Origin: Anaerolineae bacterium
Lineage (GTDB): Bacteria; Chloroflexota; Anaerolineae; S140-20
Length of the DNA stretch: 64,000 bases
Assembly (NCBI GenBank): GCA_027021705.1
Contig: JALUTT010000012.1
Coordinates: forward strand, 1 to 64,000
Direction: 5' to 3'
Positions 1-9,607 of this stretch are shown here, piece after piece. How positions within the stretch are numbered: position 1 is the first letter of the stretch; every line of letters begins with the position of its first letter. Both the position numbers and the translations under genes were made by a program. The notes beneath the pieces are model-generated. The model did not search any database. It was not told the DNA's origin and worked only from the letters and a program-made list of their open reading frames with translations.

Positions 1-414
1 GCCGACGTGCGCTGTTTCACCCGCCGATGGTATGAGGGTCCGATGGTCACCCTCCGCGCACGGATGGGCCGGCGTCTGCGCGTCACGGCCGACCATCCCG
101 TTGTCCTGTACGATCCATCGGCCCGGGAATTCCGCATCGTGCTGGCCGAGCAGGTGCGGGCTGGCGATCGCCTGGTCGCGGCCACGGCGCTGCCGGACCT
201 GGAGCAGCCGACCGCTGTAGACCTCATCGAGGCGCTGGCCGAGAGTCCTTTGGAGACTGAGGTCAAAGTGCGTCCTTGGGATGATGCGTTCAATGGGACC
301 TTTGTGACGTTGGAAGTCACCGATGTTGAGGTCGAGCCCTCGGCCGAGTACGTGTACAGCTTGGAGACGACCACGGGGACCCTCTTGACGGCCTCCGGCC
401 TGGTGGCCCACAAC
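1..414 (+). mobile_element. Mini-intein (C-terminal part) inserted immediately before the catalytic Cys
   Basis: Block B-like VTADHP, block F-like YVYSLET, terminal His-Asn at 409-414, Cys+1 at 415-417. No room for an endonuclease domain. Confidence 0.9.
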
Positions 415-981
415 TGCTTCCCCAAAGATGTCAAAGCGCTTGCGTACATGGCCACCGTCCACGGGCAGCACCCCCAGCTTCTCCACGCCGTGATGGAGAT
501 CAACCAGTACCAGCGGCGCAAGGTGATCTTCAAGCTGCGCGAGTTGCTGGGGAGCCTGAAGAACAAGGTGATCGGCCTGCTGGGCCTCTCCTTCAAGCCC
601 AACACCGACGATATGCGGGAGGCTCCCTCCCTCTCCATCGCCCGGATGCTCCTCTCCGAAGGGGCCATCGTCCGGGCCTACGATCCCGTCGCCATGCCCA
701 ACGCCCGCAAGCTGCTCCCCGACGTCCAACTGGCCGACAACCCCTACGAGATGGCCGAGGGGTGCGATGCCCTGGTGGTCGTCACCGACTGGAACGAGTT
801 CAAGCAACTGGATATGGAGCGCATCCGGGACCTGATGCGGCAGCCGGTGCTCATTGACGGGCGAAACATCTACGACCCGGCGCGGATGCGGGCTCTGGGC
901 TTCCGGTATCGGGGCATCGGACGGGGCTACTACACCAATGCGCAGGAAGAGGCCAAGGTGGTCGAGGGGGCTCTGGCTTGA
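1..981 (+). CDS. UDP-glucose/GDP-mannose dehydrogenase family protein (5'-partial), intein-containing
   Basis: After an intein C-terminus (VYSLET...GLVAHN) comes CFPKD with the catalytic Cys, then [13 protein letters not shown] and IDGRNIYD motifs of the UDP-binding domain. ORF is open from the window edge. Confidence 0.93.
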   Translation, partial: ADVRCFTRRWYEGPMVTLRARMGRRLRVTADHPVVLYDPSAREFRIVLAEQVRAGDRLVAATALPDLEQPTAVDLIEALAESPLETEVKVRPWDDAFNGTFVTLEVTDVEVEPSAEYVYSLETTTGTLLTASGLVAHNCFPKDVKALAYMATVHGQHPQLLHAVMEINQYQRRKVIFKLRELLGSLKNKVIGLLGLSFKPNTDDMREAPSLSIARMLLSEGAIVRAYDPVAMPNARKLLPDVQLADNPYEMAEGCDALVVVTDWNEFKQLDMERIRDLMRQPVLIDGRNIYDPARMRALGFRYRGIGRGYYTNAQEEAKVVEGALA

Positions 982-982
982 A

Positions 983-1045
983 TTACCCTCCCGTAGGTCC
1001 CGCGGTGCCCGGCGACAGCCATAGTAGGGAACCTGCGGGAGGGGC
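983..1045. repeat. MITE/REP-like element, copy 1 (internally shortened)
   Basis: ACCCTCCCGTAGGT...ACCTGCGGGAGGG terminal inverted repeat; internal sequence matches the reverse complement of 26782-26883. Confidence 0.75.
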
Positions 1046-1082
1046 CCTGGGAATTCAGCAACTCAGAGGACGGATAGCACCG

Positions 1083-2375
1083 ATGGATGGAACTCAAATC
1101 GTCAAGAGGCAGTTGGAGAACGGGCTGACGGTGGTGCTCCGGGAGGTCCACCAGGCCCCTGTCGCCAGCTTCTGGCTCTGGTATCGGGTGGGCAGCCGCA
1201 ACGAGGTGCCCGGTCGGACGGGGGCCTCCCACTGGGTGGAGCATATGCTTTTCAAGGGCACGCCCACCTTCCCCAAGGGCACCATAGACCGGCTCATCTC
1301 CCGCGAGGGCGGGGTCTCCAATGCGATGACCTGGATTGACTGGACGACCTACTTCGCCACCTTGCCGGCCGACCGGATCGAACTGGCCCTGCGGATCGAG
1401 GCCGACCGGATGGTCAACGCCCTCTTCGACCCCGACGAGGTGGAGGCGGAGCGGACGGTGATCATCTCCGAGCGGCAGGGGTCGGAGAACAACCCCCGCT
1501 TCCGGCTGGCCGAGGCGATCCAGGCCATCGCCTTCCGGGTGCACCCCTACCACCATATGGTGATCGGCGATATGGCCGACCTGAAGACGATGAGCCGCGA
1601 CGATCTCTACCGGCACTACCGCGCTTACTACGTGCCCAACAACGCCGTGGCCGTGGCGGTGGGGGACTTCGACGGCGAGGCAATGCTGGGGCAGATCGAG
1701 GCCCTCTTCGGCTCCATCCCTCCCGGCCCAGTGCCCCCGCCCCCCCGGCGGGAGGAGCCGCCCCCCGACGGGGAGCGCCGGGTGATCCTCCAGGGTGAGG
1801 GCACCACCGCCTACGTGGACCTCTCCATCCGCGCTCCCCGCGCCCTGGACCCCGACTACTTCCCGATGATCGTGCTGGACGCAGTGATGGTGGGGAGTGG
1901 TGGCCTGGGGATGGGGGGGACCACGACCAACCACACCACCCGCCTCTACCGGAGGCTGGTGGAGGGGGAGCTGGCCACCGCCGTCTACGGGGGCATCACG
2001 CCGACGCTGGACCCCTACCTGGGCGGCTACGGGGCGACGGTGCGGACGGGCCACACGCCCGAGGAGGTGGAGGCGGCCATCTGGGCCGAGATCGAGCGGG
2101 TGAAGCAAGAGCCCATCTCCGAGGAGGAGTTCGCCAAAGCGCTCAAGCAGGCCCGTGCCCAATTCGCCTACTCCAGCGAGAGCGTCACCAGTCAGGCCCG
2201 CTGGTTGGGGTTCGCCGAGATGATGGATTCCTACGAGTGGTTCTTCACCTACCTGGACCGCTTGGCCCAAGTGACCGCCGAGGACGTCCGGCGGGTTGCC
2301 CAGACCTACTTCGACCGGCGCAACCTGATCGTGGGCTGGTACGTACCAGAGGAGAGGAGGGACGATGGCCGATAG
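1083..2375 (+). CDS. M16 (pitrilysin) family zinc peptidase, catalytic subunit
   Basis: LENGL start, HWVEH (HxxEH) motif, YYVPNNA motif. Start taken at ATG 1083. Confidence 0.92.
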   Translation: MDGTQIVKRQLENGLTVVLREVHQAPVASFWLWYRVGSRNEVPGRTGASHWVEHMLFKGTPTFPKGTIDRLISREGGVSNAMTWIDWTTYFATLPADRIELALRIEADRMVNALFDPDEVEAERTVIISERQGSENNPRFRLAEAIQAIAFRVHPYHHMVIGDMADLKTMSRDDLYRHYRAYYVPNNAVAVAVGDFDGEAMLGQIEALFGSIPPGPVPPPPRREEPPPDGERRVILQGEGTTAYVDLSIRAPRALDPDYFPMIVLDAVMVGSGGLGMGGTTTNHTTRLYRRLVEGELATAVYGGITPTLDPYLGGYGATVRTGHTPEEVEAAIWAEIERVKQEPISEEEFAKALKQARAQFAYSSESVTSQARWLGFAEMMDSYEWFFTYLDRLAQVTAEDVRRVAQTYFDRRNLIVGWYVPEERRDDGR

Positions 2376-3651
2376 CTGGCGCTCGCTACCGGGGCCGGAG
2401 AACGTGGCCCGCTACGAACTGGAGAACGGAATCGTCCTGCTGGTCCGCGAGAATGACACCAGCCCCTCCGTGGTGATCACCGGCTCCCTGCTGGTGGGGG
2501 CCGTAGACGAGCCCGCCGAGCAGGCCGGGCTGGCCGCTTTCACGGCGGCCTGCCTGGACCGGGGGACGGAACGCCGCAGCTTCGAGCAGATCTACGAAGA
2601 GGTGGAGTCCATCGGCGCGGCGATCCACGTGGCCGGCGGGGGCCACGTCACCCACTTCGTCGGCAAGAGCTTGGCCGAGGACCTCCCCCGCATCCTGGAC
2701 GTGCTGGCCGACCTGGTGCGCCATCCCACCTTCCCCGAGGAGCAGGTGGAGAAGGTGCGCGGCGAGATCCTGACGGCCCTGGCGGAGCGGGCCAACAACA
2801 CCCAGGCGATGGCCGCCCTCGCCTTCCAGGAGGTCGCTTACCCCCCTGACCACCCCTACAGCCGCAGCGCCCGGGGCTACCCGGAGACGATCCAGCGCCT
2901 CCGGCGAGAGGACCTGGTCCGCTTCTATCGGGAGGGGTACGGCCCTCGGGGGATGATCGTGGCCGTGGTGGGGGCGGTCCAGGCCGAGACGGTGCGGTCT
3001 CAGATCGAGGCGGCCTTCGGCGACTGGGAGGGAGGTGGGTTCCGGCGGGATGGGCTGCCCGAGGCCCCGCCTCCCACCGAGGTCCGGCGCAAGGTGGTCC
3101 CGATGCCCGGCAAGGTCCAGAGCGACATCGTGCTGGGCGTCCCCGGCCCGCCCCGCACCCACCCCGACTTCCTGACGGCCTCGTTGGCCAACACCATCTT
3201 CGGCGTCTTCGGGATGTACGGGCGGCTGGGGCGCAACGTGCGCGACGAGCAGGGGTTGGCCTACTACGCCTTCAGCCGGCTGGACGGCGGGATGGGGCCG
3301 GGGCCTTGGCGGGTGATCGCCGGGGTCCACCCCACCAACGTCCGGCGAACCGTCGAAAGCATCCGACAGGAGATCCGGCGGATGCGCGATGAGCCGATCC
3401 CTGCAGAGGAGCTAGAGGACAACAAAGCCTACATCACCGGCTCCCTCCCCCTGCGGCTGGAGACCAACGAGGGCGTGGCCGGAGCGTTGATCGAGATGGA
3501 GCGCTACGGGCTGGGGCTGGACTACCTGCGCCGCTACCCCGACCTCATCCGCGCCATCACCGCCGAGGAGATCCAACAGGTGGTCCGCCGCTGGCTTGAT
3601 CCCGACGCCTTCGCCCTGGGCATCGCCGGCCCGCCCGAGGAGGCCTCTTAG
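2365..3651 (+). CDS. M16 family peptidase, non-catalytic partner subunit
   Basis: LENG start, no HxxEH, VRDEQGLAY motif; overlaps the previous gene. Confidence 0.9.
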   Translation: MADSWRSLPGPENVARYELENGIVLLVRENDTSPSVVITGSLLVGAVDEPAEQAGLAAFTAACLDRGTERRSFEQIYEEVESIGAAIHVAGGGHVTHFVGKSLAEDLPRILDVLADLVRHPTFPEEQVEKVRGEILTALAERANNTQAMAALAFQEVAYPPDHPYSRSARGYPETIQRLRREDLVRFYREGYGPRGMIVAVVGAVQAETVRSQIEAAFGDWEGGGFRRDGLPEAPPPTEVRRKVVPMPGKVQSDIVLGVPGPPRTHPDFLTASLANTIFGVFGMYGRLGRNVRDEQGLAYYAFSRLDGGMGPGPWRVIAGVHPTNVRRTVESIRQEIRRMRDEPIPAEELEDNKAYITGSLPLRLETNEGVAGALIEMERYGLGLDYLRRYPDLIRAITAEEIQQVVRRWLDPDAFALGIAGPPEEAS

Positions 3652-3712
3652 GCCCCCTTTTGCGCCTTCGCACTTTGGGCTTCCCGGCCATCCCACCTCC
3701 AGGAGCAACGCG

Positions 3713-4501
3713 ATGGTTGAAGAGATGATCACCTTCACCAATGCCGGCCAACGCCTCTACGGGATGCTCCATCGGCCCGACGGCGTCGGCCCCTTCCCCG
3801 CCGTGGCGATGCTCCACGGCTTCACCGGCGATCGCTTCGAGCCCCACCGCCTCTTCGTCAAGACGGCCCGCGACCTGGCAGCCCACGGCATCGCCGCCCT
3901 CCGCTTTGACTTCCGGGGCTCCGGCGAGAGCGAGGGCGACTTCGAGGACGTGACCGTGAGCGGTGAGGTCTCCGACGCCAGGGCTGCGCTGGACTTCCTG
4001 GCCGCCCATCCTGCGGTGGACGCCGACCGGCTGGGGCTGCTGGGCATCAGCCTGGGTGGATGCGTCGCTGCCCTGGTGGCCGGGGACGACGACCGGGTGA
4101 AGGCCCTTGTCCTCTGGTCGGCTGTAGGACACCTGCTGGAAGTGCTGACCGCTCTGGCTCCTCCCGGGGCCGCCGAACAGATGCAGCGCCAGGGCTGGGT
4201 GGACCTGGGCGGATGGAAGCTGGGGATGGGCTTCATCCGCGAGCTCCCCGACCTGGACCCGCTGGGGGCAGCGGCCCGCTACTCGGGGCCGGCCCTCATC
4301 CTCCACGGTGATGCCGACGAGTCGGTGCCCGTCAGCGAGGCCCACGCCTACGCCCGGCGGATGGGGCAGCGGGCTCAAGTCCGCATCATCCCCGGAGCCG
4401 ATCATACCTACAACCGGCTGGACTGGGAGGCCGAGGTGATCCGCCGCAGCCGAGAGTGGCTGGTGGAGCACCTGGTATCTCTTGTTACACCTCACGGGTA
4501 G
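3713..4501 (+). CDS. Alpha/beta hydrolase
   Basis: HGFTG, FDFRGSGES, GISLGG nucleophile elbow, HGDADESV and GADH; AGGAG RBS before ATG 3713. Confidence 0.9.
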   Translation: MVEEMITFTNAGQRLYGMLHRPDGVGPFPAVAMLHGFTGDRFEPHRLFVKTARDLAAHGIAALRFDFRGSGESEGDFEDVTVSGEVSDARAALDFLAAHPAVDADRLGLLGISLGGCVAALVAGDDDRVKALVLWSAVGHLLEVLTALAPPGAAEQMQRQGWVDLGGWKLGMGFIRELPDLDPLGAAARYSGPALILHGDADESVPVSEAHAYARRMGQRAQVRIIPGADHTYNRLDWEAEVIRRSREWLVEHLVSLVTPHG

Positions 4502-4514
4502 GGCGAGGAAGAGT

Positions 4515-4654
4515 TTCGCGGATCGGCTCTGTACGTTTAGGAGCCTTTTCAGCCCCGATGGGCTATCTGAAACACGGTTTCACGTTGGAAACGCGCCTAA
4601 CCTGCGGGAGGGTGAACACGGGAGGACATTCGCGGATCGGCTCTGTACGTTTAG
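4515..4654. repeat. Two perfect 26-bp direct repeats enclosing MITE-like copy 2 (one TIR only)
   Basis: TTCGCGGATCGGCTCTGTACGTTTAG at 4515-4540 and 4629-4654. The sequence at about 4547-4617 is a near-identical reverse complement of about 50087-50157. Confidence 0.85.
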
Positions 4655-4669
4655 TGTGGAGGTGGGCGT

Positions 4670-5881
4670 ATGGAACGACGTTGGAGCACGGGAACCAAAC
4701 GGATCGTCGTCGTGAGCGCGGCGGTGCTCATCTTCCTGGCCTTGAACCGACTGCGGGCGCTGCTGGCTCCCCTCATCATCGCGATGATCCTGGCCTATAT
4801 CCTCAACCCCATCGTGGAGGGGCTGCGGCGGCTCCTGCGCATTCCCCGGACGGCGGCGGCCACCCTCATCTACCTGGCCCTCCTGGCCCTCATCGCCGTG
4901 GGACCGGCTCTGCTCATCCCGCCTTTCATCGCTGCCGTTCAGGGTTTTGCCGGCGACTTCCCCGACCTGGTCGCCCGCTTCGGCGAGCAGTTGGAGCAGC
5001 CCCTGGTCGTCGGCGAGTTCCAACTGGACCTGACCACGGGCTACCGGCAGATTCAGGGCTCCTTGGAAGGGCTCGTCTCCACGGCGGCCCAACAGACCGT
5101 TTCCATCGTCTCCAACGTCGCCTCGGCTCTGTTGTGGTCCATCTTCGTCCTCGTCGCCTCGTTCTACATGGTCAAGGATGCCCCTCACCTGACCCGGTGG
5201 GCTGAGGAGGTCGTGCCCCCTGAGGCCCGCGCCGACTACCGGCGCTTGATGGAGCAGATCGCCGCCACCTGGAACGCCTTCCTGCGTGGTCAGTTGATCC
5301 TCTGCGTCACGATGGGCCTGGTGGTGGGGATCACGATGAGCCTCATCGGCCTGCCCAAAGCCTGGCTCGTCGGTCTGCTCTTCGGCGTGCTGGAGTTTAT
5401 CCCCAACCTGGGGCCGCTCATCGCCTCCATCCCGGCGGTGCTGCTGGCCCTCTTCGAGGGCTCCACCTGGCTCCCCCTCAGCAACCTCTGGTTCACCGTC
5501 TTGGTCATCGGGGTGAACGTGGCCATCCAGCAACTGGAGAACACCATCTTGGTACCCCGCATCATCGGCAGCAGCCTGAACCTGCATCCCCTGGTCGTCC
5601 TCATCGCCGTGCTGGCCGGCTCCCAGGTGGCCGGCATCCTGGGTATCCTCCTGGCCGCTCCTATCGTCGCCACCCTCCGCATCCTGGTCGAGTACGTCTA
5701 TTACCGGTTGCTGGACATGCCCCCCTTCCCAGGGGAGCCGATGGTGACCGAGGGAGCGGCGGTGTCCCTCGGAGGGGGGGAAGAGGCGCTGGGGGATGGG
5801 GCACCGGGGGGTGAGGGGCTGAGGGATGAGGCGATGAGGGATGAGGCACCGAGGGAAGAAGGACCGAGGACCGAGGACTGA
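4670..5881 (+). CDS. AI-2E family transporter
   Basis: LAYILNPIV, FLRGQL, EFIPNLGP, QQLEN..LVPRIIG..LNLHP motifs; multi-pass membrane protein. Confidence 0.9.
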   Translation: MERRWSTGTKRIVVVSAAVLIFLALNRLRALLAPLIIAMILAYILNPIVEGLRRLLRIPRTAAATLIYLALLALIAVGPALLIPPFIAAVQGFAGDFPDLVARFGEQLEQPLVVGEFQLDLTTGYRQIQGSLEGLVSTAAQQTVSIVSNVASALLWSIFVLVASFYMVKDAPHLTRWAEEVVPPEARADYRRLMEQIAATWNAFLRGQLILCVTMGLVVGITMSLIGLPKAWLVGLLFGVLEFIPNLGPLIASIPAVLLALFEGSTWLPLSNLWFTVLVIGVNVAIQQLENTILVPRIIGSSLNLHPLVVLIAVLAGSQVAGILGILLAAPIVATLRILVEYVYYRLLDMPPFPGEPMVTEGAAVSLGGGEEALGDGAPGGEGLRDEAMRDEAPREEGPRTED

Positions 5882-5921
5882 GGACTGAGGACTGAGGACT
5901 GAGGACTGAGGACTGAGGACT
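5800..5921 (+). repeat. Short tandem repeats: 8-mer GAGGGATG-like followed by 7-mer (GAGGACT)n
   Basis: About 8 consecutive GAGGAC[CT] units ending just before the moeA ATG. Confidence 0.9.
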
Positions 5922-5924
5922 AAA

Positions 5925-7160
5925 ATGACCGAGTTCTTCAACGTGATGCCTCCAGCCCAGGCTTTGGAGACCCTTTTTCGGCGGTGGACTGTTGCCGTCC
6001 AGTCGGAGATGGTCCCCACGGCGGAAGCGTTGGGCCGGGTGACGGCGGGGCCGGTGCGCTCCCCCATCTCCCTGCCCGCCTTTCCCCGCAGCACCGTGGA
6101 CGGCTATGCCGTCCGCGCAGCCGACACCGTGGGGGCCAGCGAGGGCCTCCCCGCCTACCTGACCATCGTCGGCGAGGTGCCGATGGGCCAGAGGGCCACG
6201 CTGACCGTTGGCCGAGGACAAGCGGCCATCGTCCACACCGGCGGGATGATCCCTGAGGGGGCCGACGCTGTGGTGATGGTCGAGCGCACCCACCGGCTGG
6301 ACGAGCGAACGCTGGAGGTCTTGCGGGCCGTCGCCGTCGGCGAGAACGTTATCCAGGTGGGCGAAGACGTGCAGGCCGGCGAGGAGATCCTCCCCGCCGG
6401 TCACCGGCTGCGTCCCCAGGACGTGGGAGGGCTCCTGGGTGTCGGCATCACCCAGGTGGCCGTCGCCCGCCGTCCCGTGGTCGCCATCATCGCCACCGGC
6501 GACGAAGTCGTCCCCCCCGACCGGGAACCGGGCCCCGGCCAGGTGCGGGACATCAACAGCTACACCGCCGAAGCGATGGTCCGGCGGGCCGGTGGCATCC
6601 CCCGCCTGATGGGCATCGTCCCCGACGACTTCGAGGCCCTGCTGGAGCGGGCCCGGCAGGGGCTGGCCCAGGCCGACATGCTGGTCCTCTCGGCGGGCAG
6701 TTCCGTCAGCGTGCGGGACATGACCTCGGAGGTGATCAACCGGCTGGGGGCTCCCGGCGTCCTGGTCCACGGGCTCAGCATCCGGCCCGGCAAGCCGACC
6801 ATCCTGGCCCTTTGCGACGGGAAGCCGGTCTTCGGGCTGCCCGGCAACCCCGTCTCGGCGATGGTGGCCTTCGAGTTGGTGGTGACACCCGCACTGTGGC
6901 GGCTGCAAGGGACGACGCCGCCGGAGAAGCGCCGGGTGAAGGCCCGCTTATTGCGCAACCTCTCCTCCGTCGCTGGACGGGAGGACTACGTCCAGGTCCG
7001 GCTGGTGGAGCGGGAAGGAGAGCTCTGGGCCGACCCCATCTTCGGCAAGAGCAACCTCATCTTCACCCTCGTGCGGGCCGATGGCGTCGTCCGGGTTCCC
7101 CTGGACGCCACGGGGATTCCGGCCGGCGAGGAGGTCGAGGTCGTCCTGCACGAGGGCTGA
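5925..7160 (+). CDS. moeA: Molybdopterin molybdotransferase MoeA (gephyrin-like)
   Basis: RSTVDGYAV, TGGMIPEGADAVVMVE, TGDE, PGKP and GLPGNPVS motifs. Confidence 0.93.
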   Translation: MTEFFNVMPPAQALETLFRRWTVAVQSEMVPTAEALGRVTAGPVRSPISLPAFPRSTVDGYAVRAADTVGASEGLPAYLTIVGEVPMGQRATLTVGRGQAAIVHTGGMIPEGADAVVMVERTHRLDERTLEVLRAVAVGENVIQVGEDVQAGEEILPAGHRLRPQDVGGLLGVGITQVAVARRPVVAIIATGDEVVPPDREPGPGQVRDINSYTAEAMVRRAGGIPRLMGIVPDDFEALLERARQGLAQADMLVLSAGSSVSVRDMTSEVINRLGAPGVLVHGLSIRPGKPTILALCDGKPVFGLPGNPVSAMVAFELVVTPALWRLQGTTPPEKRRVKARLLRNLSSVAGREDYVQVRLVEREGELWADPIFGKSNLIFTLVRADGVVRVPLDATGIPAGEEVEVVLHEG

Positions 7161-7191
7161 TAGCGCCCTTTCTGCGAGTGTCCGTTGACCT

Positions 7192-8301
7192 TCATTGACC
7201 GGCGCGTGCTGCCATCAGAGCGCTGACCGTCTCCACGGACACGCCATACCGTTGCAGCACCTGGAAGAGCGGCTCGATCCGGGCAAAGTCCTGCTCGATG
7301 GTTTCATCGTTGAAGACGAGGCCCAGGTATTCGTCGGGTGCAGCCGTCTGCAGGGCCTGCTCCACGTCGGAGAGGTCCACCGCCGCGTCGCCCAGGTGGC
7401 CGATCAGGTAGCCGGCGTTGTAGACCTCCACCACCGGATGGCCGTTGTGGGTGGTCTCCACCGGGCGGCTGAGCAGATCGTCCTTGGAGGGCGTCTCGCC
7501 GGAGTCGGTGGCGAAGTAGAGCACGCCCTCCGGCCAGTCGGTCTCCTCATCGGACATGCCCGCCGAGGTGATGCCCTTCTGGGAGAGGGGGGCCAGGAAG
7601 TCCATCAGAGCGCTCATATCGCCCAGGTAGCCGTAGTCGGTGGCGTACCAGCCGTCGGTGCGCACCGACTGGGGGGCGTTGGTGTAGCCGTCGAAGAACT
7701 TGTGCGTCGGGCCGTGGTGATGCAGGGCGATCTCATGGCCGTTGGCCTCCCAAGCGTGGACGGTGTCCAGCAAGCCGCTCTTGTAGACGTAATCGGCCCA
7801 GGGCCAGGAGAACTGCAAGGTGACCTTGACGCCGTACCGGTCGGCCAGTTGCATGAACTGCTCCAGCTTGGGCCACAGGGCCTTGATGCGCGGCCCCCGG
7901 CTGACCTCCAGATGGAAAGCGATGAAGGCACCCTTGGGGCCGCGTTGACCGGTGGAGGCTTCCGGCGAGGGGGAAGCCGTGGGGACGGCGGGCGTCGGGG
8001 AGATGGGGCCTGGGTGATGGCCGTCCAACGCGGCGGTGCCGGCGTTGTCGTGGCGGTAGCGGGGCCAGATGGCGTTCCCGTAGCCGGTGAGGCCGCTGTT
8101 CTCGATGATGTTCAGGGTGGCATCTTCCTGCAACACGTAGATGACGCCGTCGTGAATCACCGGGCTGGTGAGCACGCGGGCTTCGGAGGCCAGGGCGTAC
8201 TCTTTCACCGGCCGGCCGTCCAGCGTCAGGATCTGCAGCTTCCCATCGGTGGCGAAGAGCACGTAACCTGGAGAGGGAAAGGTGTCAGAGAAGTTTCTCA
8301 T
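7192..8301 (-). pseudogene. 5'-truncated protein: last blades of a PQQ-like beta-propeller, Pro/Thr linker, deacetylase-like alpha/beta barrel
   Basis: TSPVIHDGVIYV and WPRYRHDNAGT resemble the end of a PQQ-type propeller; HLE, VKVTLQFS and GHEIALHHH resemble a polysaccharide-deacetylase-like barrel. No signal peptide; abuts a divergent gene. 5' boundary uncertain. Confidence 0.55.
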
Positions 8302-9607
8302 CTCCCAGAGAGCGAGGAGGGAATCGGCCCGGAGGGATGAGCTGAAACCGGGTGACCGGTCGGGGGCCCGGACCGGGCCGGTCCGGCGGCCCAAGGGACC
8401 CCACCCCGTCCCCGACTACTACACCTTTCGCACCGTCACCTTCACCCCCCGGCGAAGGGGCGTCGCCCCCCCCTCCTCCCTGCCCCCCCGGCTGATCGTT
8501 GCCGGCAAGCCGGGCGTCTGGTCCTGGGAGGCGGTCAATCCGGGGACGGCGGCCCTCATCGAGGTGCTGGACCTGGAGCCGGACGCTCAGGTGCTGGACC
8601 TGGGCTGTGGGACGGGCGTGCTGGGGCTGGCGGCGGCCCTGATGGCCCCCGAGGGCCGGGTGACGCTGGTGGACTGCAACGTGGCCGCCGTGGAGACGGC
8701 CCGTCGGACGCTGGCCCTCAACGGCGTGACCAACGCCGAAGTCCGGCTGGGGGATGGGGTGCTAGGGCTCTCCCCCAACGCCTTCGACGTGGTGGTGAGC
8801 CATCTGCCTCGGGGCCGGGCGGTGATCGGGGCCTTCATCCAGGGGGCGGCCGCCGTGCTCCGGCCGGGGGGACGGTTCTACTTCGTCGCCCACCGGGACG
8901 CGGGCATTCGGCCCGCCATCCTCCACGCCGAGGCGTGCTTCGGGAAGGCCGGCGTCATCCACCGGAAGAAGGGCTACCACGTGGCGATGGCCCGCAAGCC
9001 CGAGGGGCTAGAGGTGCCGCTGCCGGAGCCGGGCTACGTCACCCGCACCGTCGAGGTGGCCGGGCGACAGGCCACCCTGGTCAGCAAGCCAGGGCTCTTC
9101 GCCTGGGACCGGCTGGACGAGGGGACGGCAGCCCTCATCGAAGCGATGGAGGTCCGGCCCGGCGAGCGGGTGTTGGACCTGGGCTGTGGGACGGGGCTGG
9201 TGGGGCTGGTGGCCGCCTGGCGGGGGGGCCAGGTGACGATGGTGGACGCCGACGTGCGGGCCATCGAGGCGGCCCGCCGGACGCTGGAAGCCAACGGCGT
9301 CGAGGGTGTGCGGCTGCTCCTCTCCGACATAGCCTCCGTTTTCCTGAAAGAGGGGCCTCGGAAAGAGCGTTTCGACGTGGTCGTCACCAACCCGCCCTTT
9401 CATCAGGGGGTAGGGGTGGCCTACGAGGTGGGCTGTCAGTTCGTCGTGGACGGGGCCCGGCTGCTGGACCGGCGGGGCCGGCTCTACGTCGTGGCCAACA
9501 AGTTCCTGCGTTACGACCGGCTGATGGCCCGCCTGCTTCCGTCGGTGCGGACCGTCTACGAGGACAACCGCTACCACGTCCTATTGGGGGAGCGCGGGAG
9601 GGGTTAA
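8282..9607 (+). CDS. Class I SAM-dependent methyltransferase with two tandem MTase domains (RsmC-like)
   Basis: Two VLDLGCGTG motifs, PGVWSW/PGLFAW motifs, NPPFH in the second domain. True start unclear, probably downstream of 8282. Confidence 0.85.
   Translation: MSEKFLISQRARRESARRDELKPGDRSGARTGPVRRPKGPHPVPDYYTFRTVTFTPRRRGVAPPSSLPPRLIVAGKPGVWSWEAVNPGTAALIEVLDLEPDAQVLDLGCGTGVLGLAAALMAPEGRVTLVDCNVAAVETARRTLALNGVTNAEVRLGDGVLGLSPNAFDVVVSHLPRGRAVIGAFIQGAAAVLRPGGRFYFVAHRDAGIRPAILHAEACFGKAGVIHRKKGYHVAMARKPEGLEVPLPEPGYVTRTVEVAGRQATLVSKPGLFAWDRLDEGTAALIEAMEVRPGERVLDLGCGTGLVGLVAAWRGGQVTMVDADVRAIEAARRTLEANGVEGVRLLLSDIASVFLKEGPRKERFDVVVTNPPFHQGVGVAYEVGCQFVVDGARLLDRRGRLYVVANKFLRYDRLMARLLPSVRTVYEDNRYHVLLGERGRG

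Noticed and set aside
4515..4654. Possible minimal CRISPR array (two 26-bp repeats)
   Set aside because: Only two repeats, the 88-bp interval is itself a dispersed repeat, and no cas genes are in the window.
8935..9606. N-terminal extension making the DNA MTase 576 aa
   Set aside because: It overlaps the RsmC-like gene in another frame; MTase motifs begin only after ATG 9607.
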